A stretch of 60,000 nucleotides of DNA, taken from assembly GCA_013265495.1 (NCBI GenBank), contig MU057809.1:1293062-1353061 (forward strand), in the 5' to 3' direction. The stretch is from Vicugna vicugna (lineage: Eukaryota). The position numbers and the translations under genes were made by a program. The notes below the pieces were generated by a model. It saw only the letters and a list, made by a program, of their open reading frames with translations. It did not search any database and was not told the origin of the DNA. Shown piece by piece: positions 45,628-59,825 of this stretch; the stretch's first letter is position 1, and each line of letters starts with the position of its first letter.

Positions 45628-45767
45628 CTGGGACAGGGCGGGGCCGCGTGAAGGGCGGGCCTCAGGGCGGGCGCGCCCCCGCGGCCACCTGGCCCGCCCC
45701 TTCCCGCCTGGGTCCCCGCCCCCCGCGGGCCACGCCTCCACCCAGCCTGACCCAAACGCGCGCTCAC

Positions 45768-45937
45768 CTGCAGACCAGAGTGGCGATGATGACGCACCAA
45801 GCGGTGCAGCAGCAGTCGGCGTCCAGGTGCTCGTCGCTCTTGCGTCGCCGGCAGCACAGCCAGAAGGAGTAGAAGAGCAGGAAGAGGAGGTCCAGGGCGA
45901 GGCACGCCAGCGCGGCGGCCCCAAGCAGCAGCAGCGC
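45768..45937 (-). CDS. TTYH3: TTYH3 exon 2 (ALLLLGAAALACLALDLLFLLFYSFWLCC...DCCCTAWCVIIATLVC)
   Basis: cctcag|GCG...TGCAG|gtgagc, 170 nt. Confidence 0.96.
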
Positions 45938-48900
45938 CTGAGGGCGGTTGGGAAGTGGTGCTGGAGGTGTGGGCCCCGCTCTGGCTCTGCACCCAACTCC
46001 GGTACCAGCAAAGCCCACCGGCGCCCGCGGTCAAGGGATGGGCACACACTCCCACTGAGCCCTCCCCCAGCACCTGAGTGACATGCCTGTGGTCACCCAG
46101 ACCTGTGACCCCAGGCTCACCGTCTTCAGGCCTAGACTCAGGATTCAACCCAAACGCCACCTAGTGGGCAAGACCATGAGGTGCCCTCTCCTAACCCCTC
46201 CCAAGCCCTGTGTCCTCCCCTTGGGAGCCCACCACCTCCTGGGCCCCAGAGCCCGAGGCAGACAGGGGTCCTGGACCAGGCCCTATGAGGAGGTGTTGGG
46301 TGGGTGGGGGCCCCAAGGCAGGGCCAGCCCAGTTGCTAACCAGTGGCCACTAACTGGCCACATGGCCAAGGAAGGCCCTTACTCTCCCCGAGCCTCAGTT
46401 TCCTTGTCTGTAAAAAGAGGGTGATGCTGCCTCCCCAGAAGAGGCAGGCACAGTCTTACTGAAGGCCACCCACGCCTGCTGTGGGGCTGGGCACACAGCA
46501 GGGCCCCAGGAAGGGGCTGTCAGCACCACGCCCCCACCCTCATCCTCACCCGCAGGGCTGAGACTGCTCTGGATCTGAGCGCCTTCGTGAGCTTCAGCCC
46601 CACGCAGCCTGAAGGGCCCAGAATTCTCCAACCTGGCACCAGGAAGCATCAGGGGAGGAAGGAAAACCCCCCAGCACCCTCCTGTCACTAAGGCCAGCGT
46701 CCCCCATGGGAAGCAACTGACTCGATCCAGCAGCGATGCCCACTGTGGGCTCAGCTGTGGGCTGGGCCTCCTGGGGCAGGGACACAGCCCAGAGCCTTCA
46801 CCTGCTGGGACAGGCACCAGCCCTGCCCCGCCCCCGGGGAACCTCGCCCTTCAGTGTGCCTGGTCCGGTGCTCACCCCCATTCAACTGATAAAGAAACTG
46901 GCTTCAGAGAAAGTATGGAGGAGGGACCCGCGTGTCCACATCACAGCCCTTCGGGGAGTCTCAGTACCCATGCTTTGTCAGGGTGGGAGTGGTGGCTGGC
47001 ACAGGACTGCAGGGCAGCAGGCTGGCCCCGACCCTGTACAGCTCATGAGGGGGAGCCGAGGAAGTACCACAGAGGTGCCCACCCACTGGACACCCCTCAG
47101 CTGCCATGCTGGCACTGCTGCAGAGACAGCCAGACCTCGGGGACCTGGAAACACCCTCACCCCACATCCAAACAGTCAGCAGTGTGGCCGTGAGCCTGGG
47201 GAGTCACTGGGGTGCAGAATGCCCCAGGTCCACCTGCCCACTGCAGGGCCCCCTTGGGACCAGAGGCTCAGCCACAGAGGCACTAGGACCGCTGGATCAT
47301 AGCCCGGGTGCCCAGCAGCTGTCTCCTAGGAGACAGTTGCCAGGCAGCAGACATAGGATGGCACTCCCTGCCTTCCCAGGAGCCAGCTGGCCCCAAAGGC
47401 CTCCTGCCAGGCCCACCATCCCTGGCTGACCCCTGCACCCGAGGCAGGACTCTCTCACCTGACCAGGGTGGTGCTGACCAGGGCATGCACCTACAGCCAT
47501 GGTCCAAGCCAAACTGGGGGCTGACTTGCTGTCTGGAGACTGGGCCTTGCCCCCCTCCAAAGGCACAGGGTGGGGACACCCTCTTGGGGAAGGCCAGGTC
47601 ACCACCACGAGGCTGCAGCACAGGCCAGAGGGCCTGACAGGCCCTGACCACCCCTGCTCACCGACTGGGTAGGGGAGGGAGCAAGCCCAGTGGGGCTGGC
47701 TCCAAAGCCACTTCGTCAGCTCAAGGCTCCCTAAAGGTCCCAGGGTGCTCACATCAAAGGGGACTCTGAGGCGGCGGATGGGGGAGCTTGTCCAAGGTCA
47801 CACAGGGAGGTGGGCCAGGCCACAGCAGAAGGGAATCAAGGGCCTGCCGGAGGGCCAGGCGCCAGTCACAGGGGAGGATGCTCACCTTAAGGAGCCTAGT
47901 ATCAGGCACAACCTCCATCCCACCCAACACAGCCCGGCACGAGGCGTTAACATCCGGGGGCTGGGAATAGCACTGTCTTGTGGGTCGTGCCCTCACACAC
48001 ACACACAAAGCGGGACACCAGGCATAGATGCTGCAGGCCCTGCCGGTCCCTTTCTCACAGGTCAGAGGCAAAGGGCAGAATAAACCGCCGCCTCCCACAA
48101 CCTCAGTCAGACCACAACATGCGCCACGTCTCCACTGGGACTGAGCCCCCTTCGATGCCACAGGCACCCCGGCTCCCAGGGTCCCACAGACCCTGTCCAC
48201 CAGGCCCATCTGGGCCCCAGGCTGGCAGCATCCCCGCCCCACGGCCTCCAGCAGCCCTCAGGCCAGCACTGCCACCCTGCCCCACCTCGTGCCACCCCTT
48301 CTCCCGTCTGGTCCCCCCCATCACTGTGGGCCGGTCTGGGAGAGCAGGCTCTACCCTCAAACCCAGAACACAGCTGGCTCCGAGCTGATCCTTAAATGAG
48401 CACACCTACACACCTCTAGCGAGGAAATAGCCCCTGGGGCGAGGAAGCCAGGGTGGGGGCACAGGGCAGGCGGCACCCAAGCTGGGGCCCTGAGCCGACC
48501 AGCCTGGCAGCGAGGCCAGCGCTCACGCAGTCAGGACTCATCAAAGACCCAGACCACAGCCCAGGTGGCGCCAGGACCACCCACTCCTGTTTCCCAGGTA
48601 AGAAAAGCGAGGTAAGATAAGCATCACTGGCCAAGCAAGACCCCAGCACCTGGGGGGACACGCCAGCGCCTGGCCCGGCAGGCGCCCAGCAGAGGCGGCT
48701 CCCGTCCTTGGGGCTGCTGGGCCGGTGGAGGAAGAGGGGTGAGGCCTTCTAGACGGGAGCCAGGCCATGAAGAACAGAAAAAGCGCAACAGGCAGCGACC
48801 CGAGCAAGTCAGGGAGGGCACGGGCTGGTCCAGGGGTCAGAGTCACCGCGGCCGACGGCACCCGGAAGGCGCCGGGCCTGGGCACCTGCGGGGCGGGCAG

Positions 48901-49419
48901 GCGGGAGGCACGCCTGGGTCTCCTGCAGCTTTGATTTGTTTTTTGTTGTTGGGGTTTTTTTTAAATCTTTTTTTGGTTTTCTTTTTTTTTCAAACCACAA
49001 ACCATACTACCTTTATAATTAAAACAAAACCAGAAACCTGGTAGTAGCTCTTTTCAGTTGTGTGTGGGAGGCCCCTGGCCTGCGCCCAGCTCTGCCACGT
49101 GGGAGCCCGTGCGGCCCGGCAGCCCCAGCAACTCCGCCGTGGGACGTGACATTCCACGGCCCCTCCCGGTGTCACATGGGAGAAGGGCCCTGGCAGCCAC
49201 GAAGGCGAGAAGTTGAGCCCCTCTTGTCTGTGGGGATGCTGTACCGTCCCTGCTGGTGCCAGTCCTCCAGGAGCAGAGACCGAGGGGACGGACACCCCGG
49301 GTCTTGCCGCCGGAGGCTGCTGCGAGCTGCCTGCTGCTGGCCAGCGGTGTGGGGGAGGGCGGCCCGGCTCATGGGGGAACCAAAGTACTGCAGGTCAGTG
49401 CTGCTTGGCCTGGTTTAGA

Positions 49420-49560
49420 ATGTGACCACGAGTCAGTGACTTTAGCCTCTGTGCCTCAGTTTCCCCACATATAAAACAGAGACAGTAATATCACTGTCCT
49501 ACCTAGAAGGGTTACTGTGAGGATGGAACAAGCTAATACCTGTAAAGACTTCAAACAGCG
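49420..49560 (+). mobile_element. MIR SINE
   Basis: gtgactttagcctctgtgcctcagtttccccacatataaaa..gacagtaata...acct..agggttactgtgaggat. Confidence 0.7.
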
Positions 49561-52500
49561 CCTCCGTGGGGAGCGGGGAGGGGGCGCTGCTCCCAGACCA
49601 GCTCTGCCCCGCCGCAGCCTGGTGGGCTGGGGACAGGGAGTCGGTGTCCTGGCTGCTCAAAGACGAGGTGAGAGTGTCCACGCCCACACACGCATCTCTA
49701 CGCCCGTACACTCACACGTGCACCCACACCCGTCCATGTGCACGTGTCACCGCTGAGCTCCCAGCGGTGTGGTAGCAGCAGCCTGTGGCTGGAAGCTCTG
49801 TGGCTGTGGGCGGGCAGGTGGGGAGGGGGTCCCACGCGCCTGGGCACCGGACACCTGCCAGCGACGGGGAGGGGGAAAGGCTTCGGCCAGCCAGGCGCAG
49901 CCTCACTCACAGGCACCTGCCTTGGGGTCCGGAAGTCACAGCCCTGGGGGAGAAGTCTCCCACCCCACCCCGCCCCCCTCCAGCCTCACAGAGCTGAGCC
50001 GAGTAACCGGCGAGCGTGGCCAGGGGCTCAGACAGGCACCGAGGGCAGAGGGGTTGCTCCCAGAGGCTCTCCTGGGGGCAGTGACAGGCACAGGCCTGGG
50101 TGCTGCATGAAAAGCCAGGGATCTGGGCAGCTGCAGTTCTGTCTACACAGCTCCAGAGAGCCCTTCCTGACAGTGAGGACAGGGACCGACGTCCACCGTC
50201 TACGTGCTGGGTCTGTCTGCCCACACCTCCGCCAGTGGGTCCTGGAAAGGCCTCACTAAGCTCATCAACTTACCAAGGGTGGTGGCCCCTGAGGCCTGGC
50301 CCACAGTGGGCGCTCAGAAACACAGGCCCCTGCCACCCACCCCCAGCTGACAGGCCGGGGCAGCTTCCTCTCTGGCAGGATGCTCTCCTCCTGGACAGGC
50401 TTAGCCTTAAACAGTGACCCCAGCGGGTGGCTGCGGGGCCTAAACCAGGACAGCCACACACAGCCCCGACTGAGAGGCGACAGCACCCTCCTAGTTTACA
50501 CAGGGGAGGCTGGCACTGGGAGCACGGGGCCCCGCCCACTGCTGCCGGCGAGCAGAGCCCGTGCCCATGGGGTGCCCGGCACTGGGCAGCTGTATCCTCC
50601 TGCCCAGGGTCCCGGGTGCCTGCCCTGACCTCTGCCCTTGTCCCTGTGGCCAGATTCCCAGAGAGCAGCCTTCTGCTGGCACTCCCGTGGTGGCCCCACC
50701 TCCCCTTTCCACGGCCTGGCTTCCCCTCTGAATGGGAAATGTCTGATCAGCATCGGGGCTCTGACCAAATGGAACTTTCCGTCTGCGATGGAAGTGATGT
50801 CAGCAATCGGTCAGGCGAGGCGAGACACTGGGGCCCACATCCTGACCGCTGGCCACGGCGCTGGCCTCCAGCCACCTAAGGCGCTCCTGTAGCGCCCATG
50901 CTGTGAGGACTCGGCACCGACACACGTGCCCAGGGCGGGGGCTGGGGGCGCTCGGTCCACCCACCCCTCCTGCCGCTTCTCAGCCTGGACCACCCCATCC
51001 TCCCCAAGGCCCTGCAGCCTTTGCCACAGGGTGTATCCACCGAGGAGGCCCCCATCCACCTCTGGGTCCATACACTCCCCCGAAGCCCCCACCTGCTCTG
51101 GAAGCACCCACCGGGCCAGAGCTCAGGGTCTGAAGCCTCACCGCTTCCTAGGTAAGGCCCAGGCCCACATCTGAGGCCCTTCGGGGGGCCTAACAAGCCC
51201 CCGCCCCAAGCAAGTCCTCCAAGCCTGGCAAGGGCACAAGGGGCGCGGGACGCCGGGGCAGCAGTGTCCCCGTGTGAGCCTCGGCTGGGTCCCTGTGCGA
51301 GCAGAGGGAGCCCCAGCGCAGCCTTGGACTTGCTGGCAGTCTGGGTGCAAAGAGAGACCCAGGTCAGACTGGAGAGGGCCACAGCGCGCCATTAAATCTT
51401 ACTAACAAAGCCGTGCGGGGGGGCTTGGCTCCACTGCAGATGGGAGGGCATGGCAAAAGGCGGCGTGGGGCTGCAAGTCTGCCCCTTCTCGGACCCACTC
51501 ACGGCTTGTTCCCGCCAGCTCCCTTCCATGGGACTGCGCACCGCACACAGTGCCAGCTCAGGCTGCCCTGCGATGCTCTAGGCCACCAGGCGGGGAGGGC
51601 CCTGCGTGACCCTGGGCAGCACAGCCGTGTGCCACCTGCACAGGCAGCTCCAGCTAGGTGTCCTGGCAGTACCTGGCATGGAAGCCCGCAGGGGAGTGTG
51701 CCACACATGGTGAGCACACCAGAACCACAGACATGCACCCCACCCCTCACACCCCTCCTGGGAGAGCAACCACCGTGCCAGCAGCAACCGACATGGGGGC
51801 TGGCCTGTCCACTCAGCCCCTCTGCAGGACACCACAGCCCACAGCCAGGCTGGAGAGCCCTTGCCCCTCTGGGAGACCCTCACAGAGCTTCTGATGGGGA
51901 GTGTGGGGCTACGGCTGTCCCCAGCCACAACCCAAGGCCACATCCCAGCCACCCTGCTGCCCCAGCCTCAGTGGCGTGTGTCCCTGGCTAGCCTGCTTGT
52001 GGGAGATCACGTGCACCCGGCACCGGTGCCACAGGCAGGGGAGACCGGGGACTAGCAGCCCAGGGGTGACTCGGGAAGGCTCCAGGGAGTTGGGGACTCC
52101 CTCAAGATCACATGGCTAGCGTGCTGGAGCCAGGATCCAGGGATGTGACCACAGCCTGAGGTCCCACCGCTGCCGTGGCATGAGGAACTAGCGAGGCCTG
52201 CGAGCCTGCCCTGCTACAGAGCGGCCTCTGCCCCGCCCTGTGCCAACCCTCCCTGGGAGGCAGCCTGGCCAAGTGGTAAAGGGCAAGGCTCCAAAGAGGA
52301 GACAAGTCCAAATTCCACCAGGGATCCGGGACCTCACCATCCTGTACTCACATGCCCATGTGTGGGTCGCACCTGCCTCCCTGGAATAGGGGGGCCGGAC
52401 TCACCACACACAGGGCCCTCAGCCCAGAGCTGGCCTCTAGGCTGTGGAACTTCAGCAAGCATGTGCCTGTACTCACACCAGCCCTGGCACTGGGCCCTGG

Positions 52501-55500
52501 GGACATGGGACCCAACCGGCACAGCCCCTGCGGGGCCGGGCTGGCAACTCTCAAGACCCCAGAGTGTGGGCCTGGAAGCTCAGAGGCTGTTGGGGCCAGG
52601 CAGGCTGGGGGAGGGGTGCAGAGACTTCAGAGGTGTCCCCTAACTGCCATCACGGGGTCAGCAGGGCACTGTGAGGCATGGGGGAGCACTCCCAGAGAGG
52701 GACGGTGAGAGCAAGCGCCCGGCACAAGGCGCAGGCTGCAGCCTTCATCCTGAGGGGCCCTGGCAGCTGTGGCCTGGCGAGGGTCAGCCCTGAGCCCACA
52801 GCTCCTGACAGCAGAGCAGGGCCCTGGGGGATAGGGCTGGGGCACGCAGCGAGGTGGGAGAGGGGAACCAGGGGCCCCTCAGTGCCTCCAGGGGACACCC
52901 ACCCCAGCCCTGGGACTGCCACGGGCCCTTCTCCAGAGGAGGAAGCCAGGGAGGGGCGTCCAGGAGGCTGGCGGGGTCCCACATCCTGAGGCACTATCTA
53001 GGAACCCATACATGTCCTGGCTGGAGCCCTGGGCCTGGGAGAGGAAGGGGAGAGGCTGCCGCAGCTCCTGTGTCTGGGGGACACGCACCACAGGCGCTGC
53101 CCACTCCCCTCGGGCTGGCCATCTGCCCCAGCACCCTCTGCGGCCCAGCTCCACACAGCCTTGTTGGTCCCCAGAACTCCTGGGGCAGGGGGGCGTCCAC
53201 CATCCAGAGGAGGAGTCTGGGGCCCCCACATTGAAGCATGGAGGCAGGGTCTGAGCCAGCACGGGCCTTCTAAGGGAAGTTCTGGAGCCCCCACCAGAGC
53301 CCCCACTTCCTGGGCTGGGCTGGGTTGGGCTGGGCGGGTGCAAGGGCTGGGGCCGCGGTGCTGAGCTGGCTGTGCGGCCCGCAGCCGCCCCCACCCCCAC
53401 CCCCAGCGCACTTGGCCGTGGCTCCCAGATGTCGGCCAGAAATTAAAAACAGCTTTTCCACCAAGCTGGGCTTAGGTTTCACAAATTCCATGCTGGTGAG
53501 CTCGTGGCCATGCCTGGAGAAAGCACAGCCAGCAGCCAGCGTGCCGGGGCCCAGGAGGGGCCCAGCCTTTTGTCCAAGCCCCCCACGCTGAGACCTAGTT
53601 CCCGGCACCAGGCTGCACACACATTCACCAGCTGCAGGTCACCTCCTCAGGGGCACATGCCACGCTGCCCCCCAGGAACCAACAGGACAGACGCCCAGTG
53701 AGGCAGGATCGGGCTGAAGCCTCAGAGAGCAGCTCTGGTCGGTCACCCCCCAGGCCCAGCACCCCCTCTGCTGCCCTCCCGGACCATGGGCCAGGTGGAG
53801 GAAGGCTAAGGCCCCACACTGCTGCCCACACCGGCTCACAGAGGGAGCAGACACCAAAGAGCCCAGCACCGGAGCTGCCCTTGAAGCAAAGAGCATGTCT
53901 ATTTTGGTCCCAGTGCCCTAACTCATCTCCCAACACGACACTCAGAAAGCCTGTCTGCAAGAGCTTCTCCACCGGCCACCACTGGGAGCCCAGGTGACAG
54001 GCCTCAGATGCAGGCAGGAGCCACCAGACAGGCCTAGTCACATCATCAGGCTAGACCAGAGTCCAGCACCAGGGCTCGCCTCCACCAGGCAGATGCGCCC
54101 CGGGAACTCAGCCCAACCCCCGACTCCAGACTCAAACTTCTGGAGTGCCCCTCCCAGTGGCCAGGAACCCCGCCCAGAGCGCACGGGGCCAGAGGAGGAG
54201 TGCCAGGTAGGGGGACACTGGGCCTGCCACTCTTCTCAGAGGCAGAAGGAAGTGGTCACTCAGGTTTTGGGCAGGCAGGCCTCACCCTGTGCCCTCGGCC
54301 AACACAGGACAGTCCAGCCATAGAGGGTGCCTGTGGACGAAACCAAGCCTCGCTTTGGCACACCTGTCCCTCAGAGCCCACCTGCCTCCTGTGGGGACCA
54401 GGCCTCAGCCAGTCTCCTGGGGAGGGGGAGGGGGAGGGGCACACCAATGGGGGCTGCGGGTGACACACGCGTGCAGGCCTGTGTGCGTGCATGAGCCCAT
54501 CCGGCACGTAACAAGCCCAGGCCATGGGCAGGGGCAGTGGGGAGGGAGGCTCCCGAGGCCCTTCTCCCACACCCCACCTGGCCCACCTGCCGACCCCAGC
54601 ATGTCTCGGCCCCACAGGGCCTCGTCACGCTGAGCTGCAAAAGCCCGACTGTGGGTCTGAGTCCTCCCCAAGACCACGGGAGGTCCCGGAGAGCCACCTA
54701 GGGGCCAGTGTGTGTCCTGGCCAGCACAGGGCTCAGGCAGGCTCCCTGCAGACCCCAGCAGGCAGCACAGGCACAGCCAAGCACTCCTCGGGCCCTGCTG
54801 CACCCACACCGCCCTGTCTCGTGCCCCAGTCCCTCGGGGGGCCACGTGAGGCCCCTTCCGTATCCGTGATCCCGTCCCTGGGCTGCAGATTTGCTTCCTC
54901 TTCTCCAGCCAAAGACTCAGCAGAGCCGCCTTGGCGGGTAGGGGGTCTGGTCCTGACCCCCGCTGAGGCTTCCTGAACTGCACCTGCTGGCAGGGCTCAG
55001 GGAGCCTCCTGACCAGACCTGGAAACCACAGGGGCTGTGTCCACGGGCTGGGCATGCTGACTGGAGCCGGGCCTCCCGTGTCTCCTGGCCCACCGACGCT
55101 AGCTGGCCAGTGGCCTCCGGTTCACTTCTGTAGAGGCAACAGTGCCCACCTCCCAGGGTCACCGTGTGGCTTCCCAGAGAAATGCTTCTAAAACAAACAG
55201 CACGCGTCTCTTCGGCAGAACAGCTGTAGCTCAGGGACAGGAGCCACAGAGCACCCCGGGCCAGAGCCAAGGCAGGGGCTCCCCCGCCTCCCTCCAGTGC
55301 ATGGGCCCTGCACCCCTGATGCCCAGCTCACAGCTGCTGTCCAAGCAGGGCTGCGCTAGGAGCTGCCACGCTGCCCCTCAAAGCGCTCTGTCCCATTTGG
55401 CACGTCTGTCACTTGCAGCCCCAGAATCCTAACCCTGGTGCCGTGGGATGCTGGGTAAGCATCGAGAGCTAAGGACCAAGGACGTGGTCCAAAGACCTGA

Positions 55501-58500
55501 TGTTTAAAAGCAGGTGACAAGTTCTAGTCTTAGGTGGCAGCCCCCGCCCCCCGCCCTCCAGGTACAAGCACAGAGGCTGACTCCAGCTGAGGGGCTGCTT
55601 TCTTGTCTCCATTTTCCAAATGTTCCATGAATGTGTATCATCTTCGTAACTAGCAGAGAGGCAATAAATGCTGTTTTCACCAGAGCGAATTTCCTTCTGA
55701 TTGTGGGGAAGATGACAACAGGGCCAGCCGCACCCACAGGCACATGCCGACAATGCTTGAGTCACAGCGTCAAACCAACGTGCTGTGGTCCCTGCTGGGA
55801 GACTCCTGGCCCCTGAGGGTCCTGAGACCCAGAGTTCCAATCCCCCGTAAGTGGCCCTCCAGGCTGCACTCACGCACCTCCAGCACAGAGCACACACCAC
55901 CTCCAAGGCAGCACGTTCAGACCAGAGAGACTCCCTTATTGAGGGCTGAGGCCCAGGCTTCTCTCTGCCTCAGGGCCTTTGCATGTGCAGTTGCCACTGC
56001 CTAGAACCCTCTTTCCCAAGGTCTCCACATAGCTACCTCATATCTTTAGAGTCTCAAAGGAAACACCTGAGCATTCAGGGCTCTAACGGGAAATGGGTTC
56101 ACCACCCGCCAAGCTCCAGGTGAGTCCTCACCCTCTGCGTGTTCACAGCCTGGCTCACAGCCTCCACAGCAGCCGAGGTAGCACCTCCTACAAGAAGCCT
56201 TCCTTGACTGACTGTTGGGCTCCTGTAGGCCTTGTCCTGACCTGAGCACAGCACTACCACACCAGGCCACAACCACACCAAGTTCTCCTCTGCCTCTTCC
56301 AGCTTCCCCTGAACTGGCGGAGATAGTGAGCAAGAATGAGAGACTGAGGGCAGAGACAGCGAGTTTGACCTCTGCCTCAGGACACCGGGGCTGTGGGAGG
56401 CTTGGGACAGGGTTATGGGGGGGGAGTCGGGAAGAGTCGTAGGAGTTAAGGGGCAGAACCCCCTAACTAAGTGAAGCCCAAAGAGGTGGATGGACCCACC
56501 CAAGGTCACACAGATGGGAAGCTACACAGCTGGGGCCCAGACCTGGCACCCCGCCAGCCAGGCATCCACACTCCAGCCTGCAGAGAACACTCTGAGACTC
56601 CTGCCTGCAGCCAGGACAGCCTTGACCATCGCCATGGAGCAGAGGTTCATCTCAGGCTGCATCAGGTCACCGGCTATGCCACCACCAGGGAGTCTCCTCC
56701 CTCCTCTGGGCCTGAGCCCCTCCCCTGTAAAAGGAGTGCTCCACCCATCAGCTGCCCAGGTTTGGGGAGCTCCTGGAAATGGCCCAGCCCCAGGGGAGCC
56801 AGGCCAGCAGCCAGGAGGGCAGGTGGGGGATGGAGCGGCACAGAGCAGACCCCAGAAGCCCCTCTGTCTTCCAGCACCTGCCAGCTCACAAATCCCACCA
56901 GCCCCTTGCCCACGGCAGCTCCCCGCTGCAGGCTGTCCTTCCAGCAAACACCATGAGCCCCTGGGAGGCAGCTGTAATGGCCAGGGGCCCCTCCGCTCCA
57001 GAACGGAGGCCATGAGAATGTGGGAGCCTGAGACGCTTGGTCCCACGAGAAACCACCAGCCTCGGGATGCAAAATCCCAGCCTAGCCTTGCGGAGGCCCC
57101 AAGCCCCCCGTGCAGGGCCAGCCAGGCCTCTGAGAGCTCTCAGAACAGCCCCCATTAGCTCCTGATTCCTGCAGTCACATCCCCCACAGGGGGCCAGCCA
57201 CGGGGGACCCAAGAAACCCCTGCCTCCCAAGGCTGATGCTGGCTCCTTGTGTGAGAAAAGGCTACTGACAGCCCCAAACAGTGCCTTCAAACAGGGCCTG
57301 GCCCATGGCGTTTCCAGTGGGTGGTGGGGGCAGTAAACAGCAAAGAAGGACAAACGCTGGACTTCCCAAGCCACACCACCCCCCACTCCTGCACCAGGCC
57401 CCGCCTTTCTCCTGGATGGCCTAGGAAGCAGAAGCCTCCTCCCCAGCTGGGCACAGCCCACGTGGCAGGAGAGGACTGCCAGGCCCCAGCAGCCCAGGTG
57501 GGTGCCGGCCACAGATAGGCCCCCAGGCCAGGAGGATAAGGGGTCTACCATCCACCAGTGGGACGACGGTAGTTGTCCCCCAACAGCTACGAATGCTCCA
57601 CCAGGGGAGGCAGGAAGCGGCCCCAGACGACGGTCAGGCTGACCCACGGCCCACTCACTCAGAAAGGGAGCCCGTGGGCTGCACGCCCAGCACAGAGCAG
57701 GCGCACAGGGCTCCCACTTCCCCACCGACCCTGCAAAGAAGGCGCGCCAGCCTGAACTTCAGGATGAGAGTCATCGAAGGCTCAGAGAGGTCAAGCGCTT
57801 GCCCAAAGCACCAGCACAGGAGGGCAGGGGCAGGACGCACGCCCAGGTCTGGCTCGCTCCACAGCTCTGTGCCAGCAGTGGAGGTGGCGGGGGATGGAGA
57901 CAGGCTGGTTTCCATACCGTGAATTATTCAGTGGCTAATTCTGCTCCTCAGAGAGGAGGCAGGAGAGAGGGTGAGTCAGAGCCCCTCCACAGCGGAGGCG
58001 AACGGTGCTCTCGGAGGAGGCCGGGGGCAGAAGCCAGGGTCCTCTCGGGGGCAAAGGGCCCTGCAGGAGGCCAGGCTGAGCGGCGGTGGGGGGCTTGGCC
58101 ACCATGCTTGATGCCTCCACTAGCCGCAGGCCTAGGCCCCTCACTCACTACCCACCACATGCCAGGGCGCCCAGGAGGTCAGGAGGGATGGCAGCCAGAT
58201 CAGTCATGGTTGGCAGCATGTGCAGGTGGCAGCCCACGGGCCAGCAGGAAAGCTGTGCGGGCACCCCCGGTACCCCTGGAGCTTTAGAACTGGCAAGTAG
58301 CAGAAAACTTCCTTAAGTAAGAGACATTGTCCTGTTCTGTGGAAGCAGAGCCCTGGGGACAGATGTGACAGAGCCATCACAGGTGAAGCTCCTGGGACAA
58401 ACAGGAACAGCGTGGCCTCCAGCCCGGGCTTCCAGAACCTGGGCACATGGCTTTATAAGAACCCTGCTGTCCCCGCGTGTGCTTGGGCCAATCCCTTGCC

Positions 58501-59459
58501 CCCTTTCTAATCTGCTTAGAAACAGATCAGCAGGACTAGGGGACCGGCCGCCAGGTGAGGGCTGGGCGGCGGGCTCCCCTGCAGAGCTGGGGTTCTGGTT
58601 CTCTTCCTCTGGATAAGGGAGGCCACAGCAGAGGACAGAGTTCTGAATTGTCCAGGTGTGACACGGTCCACGCAATACTGGACCTCCAGGCCATCTGGAC
58701 GAGCAAAGCCGTTTCAACCTCACCCTGGGGGCTCTGCATTCATCCCTGAAGAGAAACCTAGACATGTGCCAGGTGACCAGGAGTCCCAGTCATGGGGGTT
58801 CTGGAAGCTGGATCCCCAGACAGGAAGGAAATGCCACAGCCTGGTCTCCTGCCCTGCGCCCAAACGGCAGTGGCTCAGTGATGGGGGTGACACTGGGGCT
58901 TGGCAGGACCCCAGACCTGGGGCTCCAAGGGGAGAGTCTGGTCACATGGGGAGAGGGCTACAAAGGGTCCATGCTGTCCCCGAGCTCTGCCGAGGCTTAG
59001 CTCCTTTCCAGCCTTCCAAACGGAGGCTCATCTGCATCCCTATGGCCAGCCCTCCCTCCCTCCCTCAGGTGCTATAGGCAGCCGGGTCTCTGGGCAGGCA
59101 CTGTGTGTCCATCCCACAACCTGGCTGTCCAGCAGGGGGTCATTACCAGCCAGGGAGGGTTGGCAACTACACAGACCACTCGCCCACCAAGAGTCTGGCA
59201 GGGAGTGGGATTCCCGGGCTGCGGGTGAGGGGACTGCACCCAATGCTCTCAGGCAACAGCTGTGGTCTCAGAGCCCTGGGGTCCTCTGGGTAAGGGGCTC
59301 TGCCTGGCAACACCCCCAGGGTGCCGCTGGTCAGCTGCCCGGGCAGGCACTGACAGCTGGCAAAGAGGGCTCCATGGAAGGGAAGGAGTTGGCTCCATGC
59401 AACCCCAGAAAGGAGGGTCTCAGTGACTCCAGAGGGGAAGGCTAGAATTTACAGAAGCT

Positions 59460-59825
59460 GTGGACCCTCCACGGGGGATGAGGAGCCCTGACTCTCCAGC
59501 AGGGGAGATCCGTGATTGAGGGGGAGACTCTCCGGAATCACAGGGGTTGTGACCCACGAGAAGTGGGCCATAATCCTCGATGGAGGGTGGGGAGTCTTTA
59601 GCCCCTCCAGGAAGAGAGGGCCAGGACCCTCGGGGAGGGGGCTCAGGACCCACGGAGGAGGAGGGGGCCGCGACCCTCGGTGGGGGATGGGGAGTCTTTA
59701 GACCTTCAAGAAAGAGGGGGAAGCACCCTGGGAAGGGGGATCGTGACTCGCAGGAAGGGCGGCCATGACCCTCGGAATGGAGGGGCCGTGACCCGGAATC
59801 TGACCCCCGACCCAGGGGACCCGCG
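59460..59825. repeat. Degenerate G-rich minisatellite with a 100-bp higher-order duplication
   Basis: Repeated GACCC(T/A)CG...GGGG units; cctcg...ggggagtctttag at 59575 and again at 59675. Confidence 0.75.

Noticed and set aside
45000..46160. 386-aa minus-strand ORF
   Set aside because: It is TTYH3 exons 3-4 read through GC-rich stop-free introns, not a separate gene.
59460..59825. Repeat-spacer-like appearance (CRISPR-like)
   Set aside because: The units are degenerate with no constant repeat or unique spacers, the context is mammalian, and there are no cas genes.
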